Below are positions 9,450-17,125 of a stretch of DNA of 64,000 bases, piece by piece. The position numbers and the translations under genes are program-made. This DNA is from Verrucomicrobiota bacterium (GTDB taxonomy: Bacteria > Verrucomicrobiota > Verrucomicrobiia > Limisphaerales > JAKPVM01). The stretch spans positions 2,467 through 66,466 of the forward strand of contig JAKPVM010000076.1 of the NCBI GenBank assembly GCA_029572555.1, in the 5' to 3' direction. How positions within the stretch are numbered: position 1 is the stretch's first letter; each line of letters starts with the position of its first letter. The notes beneath the pieces are model-generated. The model did no database searches and was not told the origin of the DNA. It worked only from the letters and a program-made list of their open reading frames with translations.

Positions 9450-10112
9450 ATGAAAAAACTAATGATTATTGCTGTTATAGGCGTTTGCGCTGGTTTAGCT
9501 TATGGGCAGGCGCAATTTGAAATGAAATCTAGTATACCCGGCACTCTGCGTGTTCTGGTTTATGGTCCAGAACCAAGTAATCCTACGCAACCGTTGTATG
9601 GTAATCCACCAGAGGGAATTCCGTCGGGAACCACCACTTACTCAGGTCCACTGTTGCAAGGCACAGGATATACTGCTGAAATTTGGTGGGGAACTACTTC
9701 CGATGAAAATAGTTTACAGGCTGTTCCAGGTTCTCAGTGGCATTTTAGAACTGGAGCAGGTGCAGGAATTCTTGATGGGAAATCACCTACTGGTGGACAA
9801 ACTTTGTTGACGGTCCCTGGTTGTAATTTTTCTGGTAATGTATATATGCAGTTAAGGGTCTGGGACAATAATGGAGGTCAGATAACTTCGTGGGCTGATG
9901 CTTTAACTTATTGGAATTCTATCACTGACCCAAACTACGCAATTGGGAAATCTCAGATATTCGAGCAAAAGGTTGTGATTGCACCAGAACCCGCATCTCC
10001 TGGATTACTTAATCTTCGGAGTTTCAGTCTTTACACCAACGTACCTGAGCCGGCAACGATTGCGTTGTTAGGGCTTGGTGGTTTGGGCTTACTGTTCCGT
10101 CGTCGTAAATAA
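9450..10112 (+). CDS. PEP-CTERM sorting-domain protein
   Basis: Signal peptide. The C-terminus VPEPATIALLGLGGLGLLFRRRK (nt 10041-10109) is a textbook PEP motif plus TM helix plus Arg cluster. Confidence 0.85.
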   Translation: MKKLMIIAVIGVCAGLAYGQAQFEMKSSIPGTLRVLVYGPEPSNPTQPLYGNPPEGIPSGTTTYSGPLLQGTGYTAEIWWGTTSDENSLQAVPGSQWHFRTGAGAGILDGKSPTGGQTLLTVPGCNFSGNVYMQLRVWDNNGGQITSWADALTYWNSITDPNYAIGKSQIFEQKVVIAPEPASPGLLNLRSFSLYTNVPEPATIALLGLGGLGLLFRRRK

Positions 10113-10143
10113 TGTAGTTTTAACAATAGTTTAATAACAACAA

Positions 10144-10173
10144 AGAGCCGTCCATAGAGACGGCTCTTTTTTT
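10144..10173 (+). terminator. Rho-independent terminator after the PEP-CTERM gene
   Basis: AGAGCCGTC-CATAGA-GACGGCTCT (9-bp GC-rich stem) followed by TTTTTTT. Confidence 0.8.
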
Positions 10174-10184
10174 GTATTTTGTAA

Positions 10185-10315
10185 TGTGGCGCCGGCATCC
10201 TTGCTATCGGTTTTAATAATTATGTGGCATCGCATCCTTACTGATAAGTTTAATATTTGGGAGCAAAGATGCTCCCACCACATTATATACAGGAGCAGAA
10301 ATGCTCCTGCTACAT
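10185..10315. repeat. Cluster of four copies (two inverted, two direct) of the same ~21-nt motif seen at 3631-3722
   Basis: TGTGGCGCCGGCATCCTTGCT (10185-10205, inverted), TGTGGCATCGCATCCTTACT (10223-10242, inverted), AGCAAAGATGCTCCCACCACAT (10262-10283), AGCAGAAATGCTCCTGCTACAT (10294-10315). The last two carry perfect 7-bp hairpins: GGGAGCA-AAGA-TGCTCCC and AGGAGCA-GAAA-TGCTCCT. Confidence 0.65.
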
Positions 10316-10380
10316 TGTATCTTTTCGCTGCATTGCGAGGAATTATTGCAAAGGAAATTGAATATTGGTAATTTATCTTT

Positions 10381-10809
10381 ATGAAATCTGGTAAGACAGC
10401 TCGTTTTTCGGTCTCAATATCTGCTGAGTTGCTTGAACAGTTTGACAGAATGATATTAAATGTTGCAAATCGCAGTCAGGCAATTGGCGATCTTATTCAG
10501 GATGCACTAATCGAGCACAAAAAGGAAATCGGTAATGAAGAGATGGCAGGAACGATAACCATTGTTTATGACCACCACAAACCGCATATTCAAGAGAACT
10601 TGACTAATATCCAGCACGATTATCAAAAATATATTATCTGTAATTTACACGTTCATTTAGACCACCATAATTGTCTTGAAACGCTTGTAGTAAAGGGGGA
10701 GGCATCAATCCTGAAAAAAATTGCTGATATTTTGATTTCTTCAAAAGGCGTCAAGCACGGTAAGTTGACGATAACGACTACCGGCAAAGAGATATCGAAC
10801 TTCAATTGA
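10381..10809 (+). CDS. nikR: Nickel-responsive regulator NikR (ribbon-helix-helix plus ACT-like metal-binding domain)
   Basis: RFSVSISAELLEQFD...NRSQAIGDLI (RHH domain). TIVYDHHKPH...LHVHLDHHNCLETLVVKG aligns with the E. coli NikR high-affinity Ni site region LHVHINHDDCLE. Confidence 0.8.
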   Translation: MKSGKTARFSVSISAELLEQFDRMILNVANRSQAIGDLIQDALIEHKKEIGNEEMAGTITIVYDHHKPHIQENLTNIQHDYQKYIICNLHVHLDHHNCLETLVVKGEASILKKIADILISSKGVKHGKLTITTTGKEISNFN

Positions 10810-10923
10810 ACAAGTTATTGACCAACCATTTTTAATCCATCAATAGAAAAAAATTTGGAAGTAATCTTTTGACCTTTAATGAAACTTTTTATAGTCTCTG
10901 GTTTATTTTAAACGTATCAAGCA

Positions 10924-12672
10924 ATGGGCGTTGCATCTATAAATAGTATAATTGATGAGGCAGCTGGAATCGATGTGGAAGAGGTTCGTCGGTTAAGCAA
11001 GGCGTGGCAAACGGCTGTTGAGAATGGTTCGCAAGATTCATTTTTAGAATTTGTTTGTCGCGAACGTGGAATTTCATCCGAACAGTTTCTTCGGAATTTG
11101 GCAAAGATTTTAAATTGTCCTTACATTGAGCTTCCCAAAATAACTGTGCCAGCAGAGGCTCGCAACCGAATATCAACAAAAGTCGCTTTTCAATATACAA
11201 TTATGCCAACGGCTATTGAAAACGGTGCGCTTCAGATAGTCACTTCAAATCCATTTGATTCAGGGATGTTGAGCGCTGTTCAATTTGACGCCGCAATGCC
11301 TGTAACACTTGCTCTTGCTACAAAAGAGGAGATAGAAAAAGCCCTTAAAAAGTATTATGGCGTAGGTGCTGAAACATTAGACGAACTTGCTGAGGATGAA
11401 GAGCCATTTGAATTGTTGATACCAGAAGACAAGGAAATTACAGAAACCGACCAGGAGGCAAGCGTAATTAAATTCGTGAACCAGATAATCTGGGAGGCAT
11501 TTAAAGACAGGGCAACGGATATTCATTTTGAACCTTGCGAAGACGAACTACGGATACGCTACCGTATTGACGGTATTTTGCACCAGGCGCCAATGCCACC
11601 GCAATTAAAGCGGTATCAATCGGCAATAATCTCGCGCATAAAAGTTATGTCGGGAATGAATATAGCGGAAAAAAGATTGCCGCAAGATGGTAGAATCAAT
11701 GTAAGAATAAAAGGCGAAGAGCTTGATATTCGTGTTTCCACAGTGCCGACTGTTTATGGGGAGAGTGTCTCGCTCCGGTTGTTGACACGTGGCAAAGTAT
11801 TTCTGGGACTTGAAAGTTTAGGATTTTCTGCCGACCAGGAGTCTGCGATTCGTGAGATAATCGTCAAACCACACGGTATAATGCTTGTGACTGGACCTAC
11901 TGGTTCTGGAAAATCCACATCATTGTATGCATTTTTGAGCACGATTAATTCCGTTCAAAAACGAATCATCACCATTGAGGAACCTGTTGAGTATGAACTG
12001 AAAGGGATTAATCAAATTCCGGTTCGTTCGGACATTGGGCTTACATTTGCCGTAGGGTTAAGGCACATTTTAAGACAGGACCCAAATGTTATAATGGTTG
12101 GAGAAATTCGCGACCTTGAGACGGCAGAAATCGCTATTCGCGCAGCCTTAACTGGGCACCTTGTTTTTAGCACCCTGCACACGAACGACGCCCCGAGCGC
12201 GTTTACTCGTTTGGTTGATATGGGAATTGAGCCGTTCCTTGTGGCGTCATCAGTTGAAGCGGTTATGGCTCAACGACTCGTAAGAACGATTTGTCCACAT
12301 TGTAAAAGCGAACAAATGGTTGAACGTTCTTATCTATTAAAAATAGGATTTCCTGAAGAAGATATTGACAGGGCAAAGTTTTATAAGGGTGTCGGCTGCG
12401 AAAATTGTCGTCAACTTGGCTATCAAGGGCGAACCGGCATTTATGAATTATTAGTGGTTACAGATCCAATCAGGTCTCTTGTGATGAACCGTGCTCCATC
12501 AACAGCGATCTCTCAAAAGGCTATTGAAACTGGAATGAGGACGTTGCGGTACGATGGTTGGCATAAGGTAAAAGCAGGGATTACTACTATTGAAGAGGTA
12601 TTGCGTGTTACTCAAACAGAAGAACACGTTGACCTGATAGAAGATAAACAGATTGAACTTGTGAAACGGTAA
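10924..12672 (+). CDS. GspE/PilB-family type II secretion / type IV pilus assembly ATPase
   Basis: N-terminal T2SSE_N-like domain, Walker A GPTGSGKST, Walker B/His box IMVGEIRD...TGHLVFSTLHTND, tetracysteine CPHC...CENC. Confidence 0.9.
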   Translation: MGVASINSIIDEAAGIDVEEVRRLSKAWQTAVENGSQDSFLEFVCRERGISSEQFLRNLAKILNCPYIELPKITVPAEARNRISTKVAFQYTIMPTAIENGALQIVTSNPFDSGMLSAVQFDAAMPVTLALATKEEIEKALKKYYGVGAETLDELAEDEEPFELLIPEDKEITETDQEASVIKFVNQIIWEAFKDRATDIHFEPCEDELRIRYRIDGILHQAPMPPQLKRYQSAIISRIKVMSGMNIAEKRLPQDGRINVRIKGEELDIRVSTVPTVYGESVSLRLLTRGKVFLGLESLGFSADQESAIREIIVKPHGIMLVTGPTGSGKSTSLYAFLSTINSVQKRIITIEEPVEYELKGINQIPVRSDIGLTFAVGLRHILRQDPNVIMVGEIRDLETAEIAIRAALTGHLVFSTLHTNDAPSAFTRLVDMGIEPFLVASSVEAVMAQRLVRTICPHCKSEQMVERSYLLKIGFPEEDIDRAKFYKGVGCENCRQLGYQGRTGIYELLVVTDPIRSLVMNRAPSTAISQKAIETGMRTLRYDGWHKVKAGITTIEEVLRVTQTEEHVDLIEDKQIELVKR

Positions 12673-12673
12673 A

Positions 12674-14026
12674 ATGGGCGGCTGGCATACCTGTAATATA
12701 ATAAATTTAGACCAAACAACGCAGTTGTGGCGATTTTCGGCTGCCGGGAAAGGAGTGAAGTTTGACGCGGAATTGACTGCTCTGCCATCAGAATCCCTGC
12801 CTACAAGGTTCTTTAAAAAGAGCTGGGGAACCCTATTAAATAAGAAATTTAATGTTGCATATCTTCCTCCTGACCAGGTTTTTTTAAAGGTAATACAACT
12901 GCCGACAACAGATTTTAATGAAACCTTATCAATGGTGGAATTTCAGATGGAAAAACTCTCGCCAATACCAACCACACAAATCGGATGGGCAATCCAGACG
13001 CTTCCATCTTCTAAACCCGATGAACAAACCGTGGTGGTATTTATCGCCCCAAGAAACCTCATAGAAAGTCATCTTGGGAAACTTGAAGAAAATGGATATT
13101 TTGCAGACAGGCTTGAGACACCGCTGTTTGATATGCTGTTTTCATATCCGGTTGAGGGTGATAGCGTCTGGATTTATCCTGTTGATTCTACCAATAAAAC
13201 ATTGTGGATATCGGCATGGTGGTTCAATGGGGCATTAAGGCATCTTGGAATTTTAAACGTAAATGATTTGCAAAATCTAAAAAATCAGTTGCTTCACATC
13301 ATCTGGGGTGGAGAACTTGAAGGCTGGTATAGTGGCAATCCACGTTGGCATATTGTTGTCCCGGAAGATGCTGTGGCGCTATTTGAACCAGTGGTATCGG
13401 AGATTTCTGACGGGAATTATGAAAAACACAAGCCACTTGAAGCCAAACAGATAGCCGAATTGACTGCAAAAAGGCTGCTTGATACCAGAACTCAATCAAC
13501 ACTTGTACCGCCTGAGTATGTTAATAGGTATAAACAGCAATTTATAGATAGGTTATGGATGAGCGGTGTCGCTGCGGTGGTATTGATTTACCTATCCTGT
13601 GTCCTTGTTTATTTTGGATTTTTAGAGGTTTTAAAGTTCAAATATAACCGGCTACAAGCCAAAGCAGCAGCTATAAGTGCTGTCTATACAAACGCCCTTG
13701 CTATAAAGGCGCAAATCCAGGTCCTTGAAGACCAACTTAGTTTAAAAAATGCTGTTCTTGATGCTTACTACTCTGTTGTAATGAACCTGCCAGAAGAGTT
13801 AAGTTTAAACTCGTTAAGTTTTTCTCGTGGAAAAACGGTCACAATTTTTGGAACAGCGCCATCAGACCAAAACGCAAAAGTCACCGAATATAACGGAATT
13901 CTGGGGAGACTTGAACAAAACGGACAAAAATTATTCAGCAAGGTCAGTCCACCAACAATTAGTTTGCGCGGAGAAAAAATAACATGGAGTTTTACCTGCG
14001 AACTTAACAGAACTGAGGTCGAATGA
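12674..14026 (+). CDS. Bitopic assembly protein with GspL-like (or fused PilM-N/PilN-like) topology
   Basis: The ~290-aa cytoplasmic region shows a PilM/GspL-like pattern (VAYLPPDQVFLKVIQLPTTDFNETLSMVEFQMEKLSPIP...VVVFIAPRNLIESHLGKLEENG). One TM helix follows (LWMSGVAAVVLIYLSCVLVYFGFL), then a coiled-coil/periplasmic tail. The start lies 1 nt after the ATPase stop. The call rests on position and topology only. Confidence 0.45.
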   Translation: MGGWHTCNIINLDQTTQLWRFSAAGKGVKFDAELTALPSESLPTRFFKKSWGTLLNKKFNVAYLPPDQVFLKVIQLPTTDFNETLSMVEFQMEKLSPIPTTQIGWAIQTLPSSKPDEQTVVVFIAPRNLIESHLGKLEENGYFADRLETPLFDMLFSYPVEGDSVWIYPVDSTNKTLWISAWWFNGALRHLGILNVNDLQNLKNQLLHIIWGGELEGWYSGNPRWHIVVPEDAVALFEPVVSEISDGNYEKHKPLEAKQIAELTAKRLLDTRTQSTLVPPEYVNRYKQQFIDRLWMSGVAAVVLIYLSCVLVYFGFLEVLKFKYNRLQAKAAAISAVYTNALAIKAQIQVLEDQLSLKNAVLDAYYSVVMNLPEELSLNSLSFSRGKTVTIFGTAPSDQNAKVTEYNGILGRLEQNGQKLFSKVSPPTISLRGEKITWSFTCELNRTEVE

Positions 14027-14628
14027 TTGGCTTATTTAACAAATTAAATCTTAGACCAGTAGAACGTAGATTAGTCGTCGGTGCGGCACTGATATTATTT
14101 GTGGCATTGAACTTTTATTTTGTCGTTCCTCGTTTTGGAGATTGGAAGGATTTGGAAAAGAAAATAAAAGAAACCGAGATAAATATCTCAAAGTATATGA
14201 AGGAAACGAATAACATTCCCGCATATCTTGTGCGACTTGAAGAATTGCAAAGTGCGGGTGAGTTTGTTCCCACAGATGAAACAGCGCTTTCGCTTGCTCA
14301 AACAGTCCTTGGAAAAGCGGCAGAAGCAAACCTTCTTGTTCAACGGCAGACGCCTGCTGGCGGGGGCGATGTTCCAAACAATCCGTTTTTTACCGAACAA
14401 CGGGTCACAATCCATTTTACTTCCGGTGAAAAAGAACTGGTCGATTTTCTAACAAAGCTTGGGTCTGACAGATCGCTTGTCAGGGTTCGCGATATGGATG
14501 TTAAACCGGACCCTCAAAGTTATAAACTCGTCGGTTCGGTAACTGTAATTGGACGGTTTCAAAAAAAACCACTTGCAAAGTCAGATTTGCCTAAAAAAGT
14601 AGCAGAACCTCAAAAACCAGATTCTTAA
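14023..14628 (+). CDS. Bitopic protein with GspM/PilO-like topology
   Basis: N-terminal TM helix (LVVGAALILFVALNFYFVV), coiled coil, ~100-aa periplasmic domain. ATGA start/stop overlap with the upstream gene. No diagnostic motif recognised. Confidence 0.4.
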   Translation: MIGLFNKLNLRPVERRLVVGAALILFVALNFYFVVPRFGDWKDLEKKIKETEINISKYMKETNNIPAYLVRLEELQSAGEFVPTDETALSLAQTVLGKAAEANLLVQRQTPAGGGDVPNNPFFTEQRVTIHFTSGEKELVDFLTKLGSDRSLVRVRDMDVKPDPQSYKLVGSVTVIGRFQKKPLAKSDLPKKVAEPQKPDS

Positions 14629-14629
14629 T

Positions 14630-17086
14630 ATGAAATTCGAAAAAAATGTTAATATTTATAACTGGCTACGTTTTAAACATTTTAACCGAATAGCTAAAAT
14701 GAAATTGCCAATATTGTTTTATGTATTGCTTGCTGCTGGGTGCTGGCAGGCGCTTTCACAAACGACAAATTTACCATCATTGCCGTCAATGCCTGCAAGA
14801 ATCCCAAGAATTAATACGAACGCTCCAACGCCGCGGCAATCAAACACTGTTGGTACTGCGATAAAGCCATCTACAAATGTAACTCTTAATCCGGTTTTGC
14901 CGAGAACGACAACGATGACTAACATTTCTGGGGTACCACAGCCGACTAACGTAATTAAATTGCCTACTGCAACGACAAATCCAGCGGCAAAACCAGTTCG
15001 GATGCCTCTTACCTCTGCTACTCCAACAAATCTTCCACCAACGCGAACTATGCCTGCTGGAGCGCCAACAGCGCCGGGTGTTCCCGGAATTCCTGGACCC
15101 GGAGCGCCGACGGTCTTGCCAACAGTTCCATTAACGTCCACAGCAACTAACCCGGAAACCGCAATGGCTACAAATGTTCCTTCAGGAAAGACAGGACAAG
15201 ACAATCAAACTTTTAAACCCGGTTTGTTACGATTTCAGGCACAGGATCTTAGTGGTGTTCTTGATTTGTATGCTCTACTCGTAAATAAAACAATCTTGCG
15301 CCCAGCCGTCTTGCCGGACGTAAAAATCACAATTAAAAATCAGACCGAACTTAATACTGAAGAGGCAATCAGGGCTATTAATGCTCTGCTTGCGATGAAC
15401 GGTGTAACCTTGATTGATGTAGATGATAAATTCGTGAAAGTTGTCCCTGAAACCGATGTGTTTAAACAAGCCAAACCGTTTTCAAGTAGCGAAGTGGTCA
15501 CAAATATGCCAGACTTAGCGCCTTATGTAACGGTTGTACGACAGGTGACAAATGCTAAACCATCGGAGGTTGTTCAAGCGCTTCAGCCATTTGCAAAAAT
15601 TCAGAACGGGATTATAGGAATAGATAGCAGCCAGATTCTCATTATTCGGGATTATGCGGATAACGTAAAGAGAATGATTGAATTGCTGGATAAAATTGAT
15701 GTTTCAATTCCTCTTGAAATAGAACCTGTTGTAATTCCCATAAAATATGCCAAAGCCGCAGATATGGCGCAGGTGATAAGTTCGCTCACTGCTGGTGGTG
15801 GTGGTGGAACAACTGTTGGTAGTCAGACAGGAGGGAAAAGGGGGACAACCTCCACAAGAGGCCTTGGCTTCGGTTCTCGGACAGGGTTTGGAACATCGGG
15901 TATGACGGGTTATAATCAACCTGGCACAACACCCGGCACGCCATTAGGAACAACTCCTGGCGCTGCTCAAAGTAGCTTTACAGACAGGTTAAAAAGCATC
16001 GTCTCAAAAGCCTCCGCGGTTGGAGAATTACAAATTATTAGCCAGGCAAAAATAATTGCCGATGAACGAACAAACTCGCTTCTCATTTTTGCCGATAAAC
16101 GTGATATGGAAATGATTACAAATATAATAGCAAAACTGGATGTTGTTCTTGCTCAGGTTCTTATTGAATCACTAATTATGGAGGTTCAGTTAAATAATAA
16201 TAGTGATTATGGGTTAAGCTTTCAGCAGAGAAAACCAACCCAAATAGGCAATTTCACCGGTATCGGTTCCATAATAAATGGCACGGTTCTAAATCCGGGT
16301 AGCTTCTCATCAGGGGTTTCAAATGCCGCCGCCTCTTTGAGTGGATTTAGTTATTTTGGCAGATTTAGTCAAGACCTTGATGTAACCGCCACAGCAATAG
16401 CAAACGATAGCAGATACAATGTCATATCAAGACCGCGTATTATGACCACTCACGCAACAGATGCGTATATTTTTGTAGGTGAAACCAGACCTTATATTAC
16501 AGGGAGTTATAATGCACTTTATTACGGTGGTTCAGGTTACTCACAGTATGATATGTTACAAATCGGTATTACTCTTACAGTCACTCCGTATATAACTTCT
16601 GATGGTATAGTGGCAATGGACATTGAACAAGAAATTGCAAACGTTGGTGGCTCGGTTAAAATTGATAATAACGATGTCCCGATAACAGTAAATAGGAATG
16701 CCAAAGCCTATGTGGTTGTAAAAGACCGAGAAACGGTTATTTTAGGTGGCTATATAACCTCTGATATAACCAAAGCAAGTTCCGGAGTACCTATTCTTAA
16801 AGATATTCCACTTTTAGGTATCTTGTTTAAGAACAATAGTTCAAAGAAGAATAGAAGTGAACTAATCGTTTTAATCAAACCTACTGTATTACCAACGCCT
16901 GAGATTGCTGCAAAGGCTACCGAAGAACAAAAAAATCTACTGCCCGGCGTTAAAAGAGCAGAACGAGACGAAGACGCATTGCGAAAACAAGAAGCCGAAA
17001 GATATGAAAGAGAGTATCAGAACAAATTGCTGAAAAAATCAAAGAAAGAAGAATTTAAATCTGAAACACAAGGGAACGATTTCTAA
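14630..17086 (+). CDS. Secretin (GspD/PilQ family) with a long Thr/Pro-rich N-terminal linker and an internal Gly-rich insert
   Basis: Secretin C-domain: SRPRIMTTHATDAYIFVGETRPYITG...SGVPILKDIPLLGILFKNNSSKKNRSELIVLIKPTVL. N-domains are present (IPIKYAKAADMAQVISSL, IIADERTNSLLIFADKRDMEMITNIIAKLD). The signal peptide begins at Met24, giving an alternative start at 14699. Confidence 0.85.
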   Translation: MKFEKNVNIYNWLRFKHFNRIAKMKLPILFYVLLAAGCWQALSQTTNLPSLPSMPARIPRINTNAPTPRQSNTVGTAIKPSTNVTLNPVLPRTTTMTNISGVPQPTNVIKLPTATTNPAAKPVRMPLTSATPTNLPPTRTMPAGAPTAPGVPGIPGPGAPTVLPTVPLTSTATNPETAMATNVPSGKTGQDNQTFKPGLLRFQAQDLSGVLDLYALLVNKTILRPAVLPDVKITIKNQTELNTEEAIRAINALLAMNGVTLIDVDDKFVKVVPETDVFKQAKPFSSSEVVTNMPDLAPYVTVVRQVTNAKPSEVVQALQPFAKIQNGIIGIDSSQILIIRDYADNVKRMIELLDKIDVSIPLEIEPVVIPIKYAKAADMAQVISSLTAGGGGGTTVGSQTGGKRGTTSTRGLGFGSRTGFGTSGMTGYNQPGTTPGTPLGTTPGAAQSSFTDRLKSIVSKASAVGELQIISQAKIIADERTNSLLIFADKRDMEMITNIIAKLDVVLAQVLIESLIMEVQLNNNSDYGLSFQQRKPTQIGNFTGIGSIINGTVLNPGSFSSGVSNAAASLSGFSYFGRFSQDLDVTATAIANDSRYNVISRPRIMTTHATDAYIFVGETRPYITGSYNALYYGGSGYSQYDMLQIGITLTVTPYITSDGIVAMDIEQEIANVGGSVKIDNNDVPITVNRNAKAYVVVKDRETVILGGYITSDITKASSGVPILKDIPLLGILFKNNSSKKNRSELIVLIKPTVLPTPEIAAKATEEQKNLLPGVKRAERDEDALRKQEAERYEREYQNKLLKKSKKEEFKSETQGNDF

Positions 17087-17125
17087 ATACAACAAATCAA
17101 TGCAACAAAACCATTAAACATAAAG

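Noticed and set aside
10186-10371. 61-aa plus-strand ORF upstream of nikR
   Set aside because: It spans the four-copy intergenic repeat cluster, has no Shine-Dalgarno-like sequence, and its product shows no protein-like features.
14719-15204. 161-aa minus-strand ORF inside the secretin gene
   Set aside because: It is an antisense shadow of the Thr/Pro-rich linker. Low-complexity codons leave the opposite strand stop-free.
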